Positions 28,182 to 37,225 are shown, counted from the stretch's first letter. The stretch: DNA of 38,291 nt from Minisyncoccota bacterium (GCA_025450615.1 JANWHC010000028.1:1-38291); one strand, 5' to 3'. Made by a program: numbers and translations. The notes: generated by a model from the letters alone, not told the origin.

Positions 28182-29282
28182 ATGACCATAATCATCTTTC
28201 TAATAATTTTAGCTTTACTTATTTTAGTCCATGAATTTGGACATTTTATTGTGGCTAAAAAGTCAGGTATTCGGGTAGACGAGTTTGGACTTGGTTTCCC
28301 ACCAAAAATTTTCTCTAAAAAATGGGGCGATACAGTTTACACCTTGAATGCATTGCCTTTTGGAGGTTTCGTAAAAATTTTTGGTGAAGATGCACACGCT
28401 GGGGAAATCTCCAATGAAGATAGGGAAACAAGTTTTGTTTACAAACCAAAATGGATTAAAGCTAGCGTTTTGGTGGCAGGAGTTTTTATGAATGTGGTTT
28501 TTGCTTGGTTTCTTATCTCGTTAGGTTTTGTAATTGGTCTTCCTGCAAGTAGTGAATATTCAGGTTTTGGAGAGGTTAAAAATACAAACTTGGTTATTAC
28601 AGAAGTTATCCAAGATTCTCCCGCAAATAAGGCTGGTCTTATTTCTGGAGACATTATTTTGTCTGTTTCTTCTGACAATAATTCGCTTCAAGAAAAAGAT
28701 TTAGATACTGAAAAGTTTCAAGAGTTTATTATAAATAATAGTGAAAGTAAATTAGTAATAACTTACCAAAGGGGAACAGGTGTACCTAAAAATGTTACCG
28801 TCACTCCTACATTAAATGAAGTGAGTGGAAAAAAGATGATTGGAGTATCAATGGATGAGATTGGTACACTAAAACTTCCAGTACATTTAGCGTTGGCAGA
28901 AGGAGTGAGAACTACAGGACTTTTATTTAAACAAACAGTGGTTGGTTTATCACAATTTATTTGGGACTCTGTTAGATTAAAATCTGACTTGTCACAAGTT
29001 ACTGGTCCAATTGGTATTGCTCATGTAGTAGGGGAAGCAAAAAGCCTAGGCTTTGTTTACCTTTTAACAATTGTTGCGCTTATCTCAATAAACTTAGCAG
29101 TTATAAATCTTATTCCATTTCCAGCTCTTGACGGAGGACGACTTCTTTTCCTTTTGATCGAAGCTATTACTCGTCGCGAAATTCCTCCAAAAATCGTGCA
29201 ATACAGCAATCTTTTAGGTTTTGTATTACTTATTCTTCTTATGATTGTTGTAACTTCTCATGATGTGATAAAGTTGTTCTAA
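28182..29282 (+). CDS. rseP: RIP/site-2 metalloprotease RseP with PDZ domain
   Basis: HEFGH, PFGGFV, SPANKAGL, NLIPFPALDGG. Confidence 0.95.
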   Translation: MTIIIFLIILALLILVHEFGHFIVAKKSGIRVDEFGLGFPPKIFSKKWGDTVYTLNALPFGGFVKIFGEDAHAGEISNEDRETSFVYKPKWIKASVLVAGVFMNVVFAWFLISLGFVIGLPASSEYSGFGEVKNTNLVITEVIQDSPANKAGLISGDIILSVSSDNNSLQEKDLDTEKFQEFIINNSESKLVITYQRGTGVPKNVTVTPTLNEVSGKKMIGVSMDEIGTLKLPVHLALAEGVRTTGLLFKQTVVGLSQFIWDSVRLKSDLSQVTGPIGIAHVVGEAKSLGFVYLLTIVALISINLAVINLIPFPALDGGRLLFLLIEAITRREIPPKIVQYSNLLGFVLLILLMIVVTSHDVIKLF

Positions 29283-29334
29283 AGTTTTTTTGTAAAGTCT
29301 TGACATTTTAAGATAATTGGTTCATGCTTTAGAT

Positions 29335-29564
29335 AGAAGGCCTCTTGGCTTCCGACCCCTCGCTCGGTAGGTGAGGGTTTCCACCTCCTCGGATGACCAA
29401 ATGTCGTCGAGCCAGCCCGTGATGTGGCACATTCAGCTAGTTCCGAGCAGCTGATTGTTTGACGCTCACAAATAACCTGGTGGTTTTTAAGACTTAAATG
29501 CAGATGACACCCTGCCCGCGGAGCCTCACGAAATACGTGAGCTTCGCGGAGTCAGGGTTTTTTT
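29335..29564 (+). ncRNA. Candidate structured sRNA (~230 nt)
   Basis: TTGACA-17-CATGCT promoter (29300-29328); several hairpins; long terminator 29509-29564; no SD-led ORF. Confidence 0.55.
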
Positions 29565-29601
29565 ATTTTGACAATTTTGTTTTCTTACCTCAATATGAAT
29601 T

Positions 29602-29725
29602 TGGGGAGAGGAGGCTGACTTCCTCACGATCCAACAACTAGTGTAAGGGCCCACGTTGCCTCGTGCAGTGTTTTGAACAACCGCCTCTCCCTTCTTTTGA
29701 CCGATTCAATCGGTCCTTTCTTTTT
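29602..29725 (+). ncRNA. Candidate sRNA (~120 nt), long irregular hairpin plus terminator
   Basis: TTGACA(29568)-17-CAATAT; GGGAGAGG/CCTCTCCC closing stem; CACGA/TCGTG inner stem; GACCGAT-TCA-ATCGGTC plus T tract. Confidence 0.55.
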
Positions 29726-29758
29726 GCTCAAAATTATTTTTTGATATACTATTGTTCT

Positions 29759-31006
29759 ATGCGACAGTCACAACTTTTTACAAAAACTCGAAAGGAGATT
29801 CCAAGCGATGAGACTTCAAAAAACGCCGAACTTTTGATCCGGGCAGGTTTTATCCATAAGGAACAAGCAGGTGTGTATTCTATTTTACCTCTAGGTCTTA
29901 TGGTTGTTTCGAAAATAAAACAAATCGTTTCAGAGGAAATGAAAAGTGTTGGTTCCACTGAGCTTTTGATGTCTAGCTTACAAAGTAAAGAATTATGGGA
30001 AAAAACTGATAGATGGAATGATGAAAAGGTTGATGTTTGGTTTAAATCACAACTTAAAAATGGAACAGAAGTTGGTTTTGGCTGGTCTCATGAAGAACCT
30101 ATAACTAGTCTCATGACTTATCATGTTAAAAGTTATAACGATCTACCTGTATATGTTCACCAATTCCAAAATAAACTTAGAAATGAAGTTCGTGCAAAGG
30201 CTGGAATAATGAGATGTCGAGAGTTTATTATGAAAGATATGTATTCTTACTCAACAAATGAGGAAGAGCATATGAATTTTTACAACAAAACTATAGAAGC
30301 TTATAAAAAAGTTTTTGAAAGAGTAGGTCTTGGTGGTAATACTTTTGTAACGTCTGCTTCTGGAGGAGTGTTTACAGATAAATTCAGTCACGAGTTTCAA
30401 ACAATTTGTGACGCTGGAGAAGATAATATTTATGTCCACAAAGATGGAAAACTTGCCTTAAATGAGGAAGTTTTCAACGATAAAACTTTAGCCGACTTAA
30501 ATGTTGAGAAATCTGATTTTGAAATGAAAAAAGCCGCCGAAGTCGGAAATATATTTACTTTTGGTACTAAAAAATGCGAAGAATTAGGACTTTATTTTAA
30601 TGATAGTGATGGTGAGAAAAAAGGAGTATTTTTGGGGTCATACGGAATTGGCATTACACGTCTTATGGGTGTTTTAGCTGAAGTATTTTCAGATGACAAA
30701 GGTTTATCTTGGCCGAAAGAAGTTAGCCCATTTCACGTCCATTTAGTTAGACTTGGAGTAAACGGAACCACAGTTTCATTTGCTGACAAGGTATACGACG
30801 ATTTGAAATCGAACGGTTTTACTGTACTCTATGATGACAGAGATTTGCGAGCTGGAGAGAAATTCGCTGACTCTGATCTTATTGGAATCCCTGTAAGATT
30901 TGTAATTTCAGATAAAACTGTAGCTGAAGAGAAGATTGAGGTAAAAAAAAGAAAAGAAAGTGAATCTGAAGTGGTAAGTTTGGACGTTGCTTTGAAAAAT
31001 TTGTAA
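29759..31006 (+). CDS. proS: Proline--tRNA ligase (short form without editing insertion)
   Basis: MRQSQLF, LLIRAGFI, HEE, RCREFIMKDMYS, GSYGIGITR, DDRDLRAGEKF; true start taken as ATG 29759. Confidence 0.95.
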   Translation: MRQSQLFTKTRKEIPSDETSKNAELLIRAGFIHKEQAGVYSILPLGLMVVSKIKQIVSEEMKSVGSTELLMSSLQSKELWEKTDRWNDEKVDVWFKSQLKNGTEVGFGWSHEEPITSLMTYHVKSYNDLPVYVHQFQNKLRNEVRAKAGIMRCREFIMKDMYSYSTNEEEHMNFYNKTIEAYKKVFERVGLGGNTFVTSASGGVFTDKFSHEFQTICDAGEDNIYVHKDGKLALNEEVFNDKTLADLNVEKSDFEMKKAAEVGNIFTFGTKKCEELGLYFNDSDGEKKGVFLGSYGIGITRLMGVLAEVFSDDKGLSWPKEVSPFHVHLVRLGVNGTTVSFADKVYDDLKSNGFTVLYDDRDLRAGEKFADSDLIGIPVRFVISDKTVAEEKIEVKKRKESESEVVSLDVALKNL

Positions 31007-31076
31007 TTTTAAGCCATATGTTTTTGTATAAATCAGAAGCAGATTCTGATAGGGATTTCTTTGATTAAATTTTAAA

Positions 31077-32138
31077 ATGATAAAAAGATTAGAACAACTA
31101 AAACGATTTCTCTCCAATGATGTTGGTATTGATTTGGGTACAGCAAACACACTAGTTTATCTAAATGGAAAGGGGATTGTTATAAACGAACCCTCTGTTG
31201 TGGCGGTAAATCAAAAAACAGGAAGAGTTGTGGCTGTTGGAAAAGACGCAAAGCAAATGTTAGGGCGGACTCCAGGGCACATAGTTGCTGTCAGACCCCT
31301 TGTGGATGGTGTGATTTCTGACTTCGAAGTAACTGAAGAGATGATTACATATTTACTAAACAAAGCTCAAAAAGAAAATAGAAAACTTCTGGGCCCAAGA
31401 GTTGTGGTGGGCGTACCAAGCGGAATCACAAACGTGGAAACCCGCGCAGTTCGTGATGCGACAAAAAATGCCGGCGCGTCAGAAGTTTTTATTGTTGAAG
31501 AACCAATGGCGGCCGCTATCGGAATACGACTACCAATAATGGAACCTGTCGGAAATATGATTATTGATATTGGCGGAGGAACTACGGACATCGCAGTCAT
31601 TTCTTTGGGTGGAGTCGTCCGCTCAAAAAATCTTCGAATTGCGGGAGATAAACTAAACAACGATATTATTTCTTATGTGCGATCAGAATTTAAAATTTTA
31701 ATTGGTGAAAAAACAGCTGAGACTGTAAAAATATCTATAGGTTCTATTTTACCAAGTGATTCTCCGCTCGAGGCTTCGATAAAAGGCCGTGATCTTATCT
31801 CTGGGCTTCCAAGAGAGGTAGTTATAACTGATTCAGATATACGAGAGGCTATTTCTCAATCTATCGATACTCTTATTGAATCCGTGAAAGAAGTCTTAGA
31901 AACGACACCACCGGAGATTATTTCTGATGTTATGCAAAGAGGAATATACTTGACTGGCGGTGGGGCCCTCATAAAAGGCTTAGCGGAAATAATTGCTGAG
32001 TATAGTAAAATTCCTGTACATATTGCCCCGGATCCCTTGACTGCAGTCTGTAGAGGAACTGGAATAATTTTAGAAAATCTAGAAATTTACCGAGATGTTT
32101 TAATTGCGAACGAAGATGAGTTACCTCCTAAAAAGTAA
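31077..32138 (+). CDS. mreB: Rod shape-determining protein MreB
   Basis: GIDLGTANT, EEPMAAAIG, DIGGGTTD, LTGGGAL; first gene of mreBC cluster. Confidence 0.96.
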   Translation: MIKRLEQLKRFLSNDVGIDLGTANTLVYLNGKGIVINEPSVVAVNQKTGRVVAVGKDAKQMLGRTPGHIVAVRPLVDGVISDFEVTEEMITYLLNKAQKENRKLLGPRVVVGVPSGITNVETRAVRDATKNAGASEVFIVEEPMAAAIGIRLPIMEPVGNMIIDIGGGTTDIAVISLGGVVRSKNLRIAGDKLNNDIISYVRSEFKILIGEKTAETVKISIGSILPSDSPLEASIKGRDLISGLPREVVITDSDIREAISQSIDTLIESVKEVLETTPPEIISDVMQRGIYLTGGGALIKGLAEIIAEYSKIPVHIAPDPLTAVCRGTGIILENLEIYRDVLIANEDELPPKK

Positions 32139-32901
32139 ACCAAAAAACACTGGTCGTTCAAAATTTATCGCTGTTGTTTTGATTTATATTTTATTGTCTT
32201 TAATAGGATTTTTATTTGGAAATTCATGGAGACGTGTCGTGTGGGGAGTAGCTAGACCAGTTTGGGCCACTGGAACATTTGTCTGGGCTCCTTTCGCGAG
32301 TATAAAAAATTATTTTTCATTAAAAAATGATTTGATTGAAAGGAATCTTTCCTTAGAAGAGCAAAATGCAACGCTTTTATTAAAAGAAGCCGACTATGAT
32401 CTTGTTGTAAAAGAAAATGAAAATTTAAAAAATGAGTTGGGTAGACAATTTTCTGGTACAAAGACTATATCTAGTATTCTTTCTAAACCACCAAGATCTC
32501 CATATGACACTTTAGTAATTGATGTTGGTTCAGCTGATAATATTACCCCTGGTAGTAAAGTTTATATTGGGGGAAATATTATTGTTGGACTTGTGACAAA
32601 TATAACTCCACACACTTCACTTGTTAATCTGTTTTCAAGTGGAGGTCAAAAACAAGATGCCACTATTTCTAGGACCGGTGCGACGTTCACCTTAACTGGG
32701 AATGGTGGGCAAAATTTTAAAGTTGAAGTTCCAAAAGATACAGATATTTTATGGGGCGATGAATTTCTATATCCAGGTATAAATCACAGCATAATTGCAA
32801 GTGTATATTATATTGATACTGAATCTCAAGGTTCATTTAAGACGATATATCTTCGTGTACCAATAAATGTGTTTGCTTCAGACTATGTTTTTGTAGATTA
32901 A
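32116..32901 (+). CDS. mreC: Rod shape-determining protein MreC
   Basis: TM, coiled coil (ENENLKNEL), LVIDVGS, VGLV; downstream of mreB. Confidence 0.88.
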   Translation: MSYLLKSKPKNTGRSKFIAVVLIYILLSLIGFLFGNSWRRVVWGVARPVWATGTFVWAPFASIKNYFSLKNDLIERNLSLEEQNATLLLKEADYDLVVKENENLKNELGRQFSGTKTISSILSKPPRSPYDTLVIDVGSADNITPGSKVYIGGNIIVGLVTNITPHTSLVNLFSSGGQKQDATISRTGATFTLTGNGGQNFKVEVPKDTDILWGDEFLYPGINHSIIASVYYIDTESQGSFKTIYLRVPINVFASDYVFVD

Positions 32902-32937
32902 CCAATAAATGTGATATTTCTATGATATTATTTGGCC

Positions 32938-33204
32938 ATGTATGATTTCCTAATAAATCCGCCTGTTAGAGTCGCACTATTTTTAGTAGTACTTATTTTA
33001 GTGTTTCTACTACCCTGGTTCGTTTCTATTCCAGTAGTTGTGTTTTTTACTCTTTATTTACCCTCTTATTTTGAAGTTTTGTTTTTGGGATTTTTATTCG
33101 ATTCCTTGTATGCTGAAAGATTTTCTTTTCCATATTACGGTTTAACAATTGCTTTTGTTTTTATTTCCATAACTCTTTTTGTTAAAGATAGGATTAGAAC
33201 ATAA
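32938..33204 (+). CDS. Small membrane protein, possible minimal MreD
   Basis: Very hydrophobic, GFLFDSL motif, position between mreC and PBP2. Confidence 0.6.
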   Translation: MYDFLINPPVRVALFLVVLILVFLLPWFVSIPVVVFFTLYLPSYFEVLFLGFLFDSLYAERFSFPYYGLTIAFVFISITLFVKDRIRT

Positions 33205-33207
33205 ATC

Positions 33208-34908
33208 ATGTTTCATCAAATAAAAAACTTTTTAAAAATAAAAAGAAAGAGTACAAAGGATATCGCTCCAGATGAAATATTTCTCGATTCAAAAAATCTT
33301 CCTGAGTTTAATTTACACCAGTTTGAGGGACGAATTGAAAAACCAATACATAAGGGAATTTTTAGCCTAGTTCTTGGTTTTTTACTTATAGTTGGTTTAG
33401 TTTTTACATACAAACTAGCGTCACTACAAATAGTGAATGGAGAAAAATTTAGAAATAGAAGTGATAACAACAACTTACAACAAACCGCCATTTTTGCTAA
33501 CAGAGGAGTTATTTATGATCGCAATGGAACACCTATTGTTTGGAACTCCATAAATCAAGATAACCCCGACTATTCAAGTAGAATTTACGCTTCCTCAACA
33601 GGCTTATCTACGGTATTAGGTTATGTAAAATATCCAACTAAGGATTCCTCAGGTTTTTACTATTTAAATAAGTTTGATCCAAAAGATGGTTTGGAAAAAC
33701 TTCTTGATTACAAATTATCAGGCCAAAATGGAACAAACATTATTGAGACAGATGTAAAAGGTAATATTATTTCAGAAAGTATTACCCAAAAACCACGAGA
33801 TGGTGAAAATATTACTTTGACAATTGATTTGAGTTTACAAAGGAAATTATACGCGTCACTACTAGATATCGCTGATCGAGCTGGCTATAAGGGAGGGGCT
33901 GGGGTGATTATGGATGTTCGAAACGGAGAAATTTTAGCGAGTAGCAATTTCCCAGAATATGACTCTGGAGTAATGACCGAGGGTTCTGAGAAAGAAAAAA
34001 TAAATAATTGGATAAACGATAAAAATCATCCTTTTCTAAACCGTGTTGTGCAAGGTTTGTATACACCTGGATCAATCATGAAGCTTTTTATTGCAATGGG
34101 TGTTCTTGATCAGGGTGTGATTGATCCTAATAAACAAATATTAAGTACAGGATCTATTACAATTCCAAACCCTTTCTTCCCAGACAAACCTTCTACCTTT
34201 ATGGATTGGAAAGCTCACGGACTAGTAGATTTACGTCGGGCGATTGCTGTTTCTTCAAACGTGTATTTCTATGAAGTGACTGGAGGATATAAAGATCAAA
34301 AAGGTATTGGTATAGATAATTTAGATAAATATGTAAAAATGTTTGGTTTTGGCACTACTACAAATATTGATTTTCCTGGCGAACAATCCGGAACAATTCC
34401 TAGTCCTGAGTGGAAGGCAAAGACTTTTCAAGGTGAAGAGTGGAGAGTGGGAGATACTTATAACACGGCGATTGGTCAGTACGGTTTTCAAGTTACACCA
34501 ATTCAGGCAGTTCGAGCAGTGGCGGCGATCGCAAACAACGGAAAACTTATTACGCCAACTTTTGTAGATGTTAATTCATCTCCAAAAATTGTTGTAAATA
34601 TAAATCTAAACCAAAATTTTTATGCAATAGTAAAAGAAGGTATGAGAGAAGGAGTTACGGATGGTACTTCAGCTGCTATCAATTTTCCTTTCGTTAAAGT
34701 TGCATCAAAAACAGGTACTGCTCAGATTGGGGCTAGTAAGGATGAAGTGAATTCTTGGGTTGTAGGTTTTTGGCCGATTGATAATCCTAAATACGCCTAT
34801 GCTATCGTCATGGAAAGAGGTCCAAAAAATAACCAATTCGGTTCGGTATTAGTTATGCAGGAATTTTTAGATTGGTTACACATTTACCATCCAGAATATC
34901 TAAACTAA
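33208..34908 (+). CDS. mrdA: Penicillin-binding protein 2
   Basis: RGVIYDRNG, PGSIMK (SxxK), SSN, KTGTAQ. Confidence 0.93.
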   Translation: MFHQIKNFLKIKRKSTKDIAPDEIFLDSKNLPEFNLHQFEGRIEKPIHKGIFSLVLGFLLIVGLVFTYKLASLQIVNGEKFRNRSDNNNLQQTAIFANRGVIYDRNGTPIVWNSINQDNPDYSSRIYASSTGLSTVLGYVKYPTKDSSGFYYLNKFDPKDGLEKLLDYKLSGQNGTNIIETDVKGNIISESITQKPRDGENITLTIDLSLQRKLYASLLDIADRAGYKGGAGVIMDVRNGEILASSNFPEYDSGVMTEGSEKEKINNWINDKNHPFLNRVVQGLYTPGSIMKLFIAMGVLDQGVIDPNKQILSTGSITIPNPFFPDKPSTFMDWKAHGLVDLRRAIAVSSNVYFYEVTGGYKDQKGIGIDNLDKYVKMFGFGTTTNIDFPGEQSGTIPSPEWKAKTFQGEEWRVGDTYNTAIGQYGFQVTPIQAVRAVAAIANNGKLITPTFVDVNSSPKIVVNINLNQNFYAIVKEGMREGVTDGTSAAINFPFVKVASKTGTAQIGASKDEVNSWVVGFWPIDNPKYAYAIVMERGPKNNQFGSVLVMQEFLDWLHIYHPEYLN

Positions 34909-35028
34909 AACTTCCAAATTTGGCGAACTACTTGTTTCTAGTTTAAAAATGTTCGTCGCCTTATGATTATAAGACTCCTCACATTTTCAAACTCTCAACG
35001 TCGGATTTCACTCAAATTATGAAAGTTT
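34908..35028. repeat. Degenerate nested palindromic intergenic element
   Basis: AAACTTCCAAATTTG/CAAATTATGAAAGTTT outer arms; GTTTAAAAATGT/ACATTTTCAAAC inner arms. Confidence 0.5.
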
Positions 35029-35035
35029 AAGGGTT

Positions 35036-35064
35036 TTGACTCCGGACTAAAATTTTGCTATATT
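35036..35064 (+). promoter_or_regulatory. sigma70 promoter of greA
   Basis: TTGACT-17-(TGC)TATATT. Confidence 0.7.
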
Positions 35065-35099
35065 AGTCACACTTAATTTAATAAATAAACAAAAACTTA

Positions 35100-35558
35100 A
35101 TGAAAGAGCATGAGTATCTGACACAGGAAAAGTTTGACGAATTTACAAAGGAATTAGCAGAGCTAAAAGGTAAAAAAAGGAAAGAAGTAGCAGAATCACT
35201 AGAATATGCAAAATCTCTAGGAGATCTATCTGAAAATGCCGAATATCATGAAGCTCGTGACAATCAGGCAACTATTGAGGACAGAATAGCCAAACTTGAG
35301 GGCCTTCTTAAAACAGCCAAAATTGTTTCAGGAAATCACAGTGGAACTGTAACTGTCGGCTCAACCGTAACTGTAGAGAAAGATGGTAAAAAGTTCGTAT
35401 ACAACATTGTTGGTTCTGAAGAATCAGATGTTATTTCAAATAAAATTTCTATGAAATCTCCTTTTGGTCAATCTATTTTAGGTAAGAAAAAAGGTGAGTC
35501 TTTTACTTTCAAAGCGCCGAACGGCGAGCTCTCATACAAAGTCGTAGAGGTTAAATAA
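35100..35558 (+). CDS. greA: Transcription elongation factor GreA
   Basis: GDLSENAEY, ISMKSPFG, APNG. Confidence 0.96.
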   Translation: MKEHEYLTQEKFDEFTKELAELKGKKRKEVAESLEYAKSLGDLSENAEYHEARDNQATIEDRIAKLEGLLKTAKIVSGNHSGTVTVGSTVTVEKDGKKFVYNIVGSEESDVISNKISMKSPFGQSILGKKKGESFTFKAPNGELSYKVVEVK

Positions 35559-35593
35559 TTGATTAAGGTGCGGGTTTAAACTATAATTAAGAA

Positions 35594-37045
35594 ATGGCAT
35601 CACTCGATGAGATTAGAGACGCTCGTCTCAAAAAACTCGAACTCCTAAAAAGCAAAGGTATCGATCCTTATCCGGCGAAAGTTCCAAAAGATTTTCCTGT
35701 TGATTTTCTTAAGAAAAATTTTGATAAATGCGTCGAACAAGCGCAGTCTATATCTGTAGCTGGTAGAGTTACGGCTTTGCGAGGTCAGGGAGCAATACTT
35801 TTTGCTGTTATTTTTGACGGCACTGAGCAAATTCAAGCAATAATAAAAAAAGATGCAATTGGCATCGATTCTTTTTCTCTTTTTGCGGACACAGTGGATG
35901 TAGGTGATTTTATTTCTGTTACTGGTCTACCGATACTTTCTAAAACTGGTGAACAATCAGTGCAAGCTGAATCTTGGGTCATGGCTTCCAAGTCACTTCT
36001 ACCTCTTCCGGAAAAATGGCACGGTCTTACAGATATTGATGAAAAATTCCGAAAAAGATATTTAGATTTTTTAACCACTCCTGAGCTTCGAGATTTAATG
36101 ATAAAAAAAGCAAAGTTTTGGGATGCCACACGAAACTTTATGAAAAATCAGGGTTTTCTTGAAGTTGAAACTCCAACTCTAGAAACTACAACTGGGGGAG
36201 CAGAAGCTACTCCATTTAAAACTCATCACAACGACTATGATTTAGATGTCTACTTGCGTATATCTATAGGCGAGCTGTGGCAGAAGAGACTTATGTCTGG
36301 AGGTTTTCCTAAAACATTTGAAATTGGACGGGCGTATCGTAACGAAGGTACAAGTGCTGAACATGCTCAAGAATTTACTAATATGGAGTTTTACTGGTCT
36401 TTTGCGGACTACAACGATGGCATGAAACTAGTTAGGGAAATGTATATAGAAATAGCTAATGAAGTTTTTGGTAAAACAATCTTTACTTCCAAAGGACACA
36501 CTTTTGATTTAGCAAATGAATGGGCTGTGGTTGATTATACAGAAGAAATAAAAAAGCAAACTGGGATCGATGTTTTAAATTCTAGTGAAAAAGAGATGAT
36601 GAATAAACTAGAAGAACTTTCGGTAAAATACGATGGCACAAACAGAGAGAGACTCATGGATACACTTTGGAAGTATTGTCGAAAAAATATTTCTGGTCCA
36701 GCTTTTCTAGTAAATCATCCTATTCTTGTTGCTCCACTGGCCAAAGCAAATATGGATAAAAAAACTGTGCAGAGATTTCAACCTATCATTGCAGGAAGCG
36801 AAGTTGGTAACGGTTACTCAGAATTAAACGACCCAATTGATCAAAAAGAAAGGTTTGTTGCACAGCAAAAACTTATAGAAGGAGGGGATACAGAGGCAAT
36901 GATGGCTGATTTTGAATTTGTTGAAATGTTAGAGCACGGAATGCCACCAACATGTGGTTTTGGTTTCGGCGAAAGACTTTTTGCAATATTGGTAGACAAA
37001 CCCCTACGCGAGCTACAAACTTTCCCCTTAATGCGCCCAAAGTAA
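35594..37045 (+). CDS. lysS: Lysine--tRNA ligase (class II)
   Basis: LPEKWHGL, RKRYLD, GGAEATPF, YRNEG, NGYSELND, HGMPPTCGFGFG. Confidence 0.97.
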   Translation: MASLDEIRDARLKKLELLKSKGIDPYPAKVPKDFPVDFLKKNFDKCVEQAQSISVAGRVTALRGQGAILFAVIFDGTEQIQAIIKKDAIGIDSFSLFADTVDVGDFISVTGLPILSKTGEQSVQAESWVMASKSLLPLPEKWHGLTDIDEKFRKRYLDFLTTPELRDLMIKKAKFWDATRNFMKNQGFLEVETPTLETTTGGAEATPFKTHHNDYDLDVYLRISIGELWQKRLMSGGFPKTFEIGRAYRNEGTSAEHAQEFTNMEFYWSFADYNDGMKLVREMYIEIANEVFGKTIFTSKGHTFDLANEWAVVDYTEEIKKQTGIDVLNSSEKEMMNKLEELSVKYDGTNRERLMDTLWKYCRKNISGPAFLVNHPILVAPLAKANMDKKTVQRFQPIIAGSEVGNGYSELNDPIDQKERFVAQQKLIEGGDTEAMMADFEFVEMLEHGMPPTCGFGFGERLFAILVDKPLRELQTFPLMRPK

Positions 37046-37051
37046 AAATTT

Positions 37052-37084
37052 ACAAAACCACCCTCTAAATGAGGGTGTTTTTGT
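37052..37084 (+). terminator. lysS terminator
   Basis: ACAAAA-C-CACCCTC-TAAAT-GAGGGTG-TTTTTGT. Confidence 0.8.
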
Positions 37085-37166
37085 TATCCACAGGTTGTGC
37101 ACCTCTCTATTGTGTACAAGGTGGGAAGAAGTGGTATATAATGCATAGCGAGTGGGAAAAGGTGGG
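37084..37166 (+). promoter_or_regulatory. mraZ promoter region with DnaA box and MraZ-type GTGG repeats
   Basis: TTATCCACA 37084-37092; GTGGG/GTGGT at 37121, 37131, 37152, 37162; TATAAT 37137-37142. Confidence 0.75.
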
Positions 37167-37225
37167 ATAATTTAGTTTCTCTAACTAACAAAGGGAAATT
37201 AAAGTTTTTAACGATACAAATTTTT

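Noticed and set aside
29335..29758. T-box riboswitch for proS
   Set aside because: No UGGNACC T-box or antiterminator; two separate promoter-terminator units are present and proS has its own -10 just before ATG 29759.
29663..29758. N-terminal extension of ProRS in the ORF track
   Set aside because: It overlaps a terminator; the typical ProRS N-terminus begins at MRQSQLF (29759).
37084..37120. Replication origin
   Set aside because: Only one perfect DnaA box, a short intergenic region, and no dnaA or dnaN nearby.
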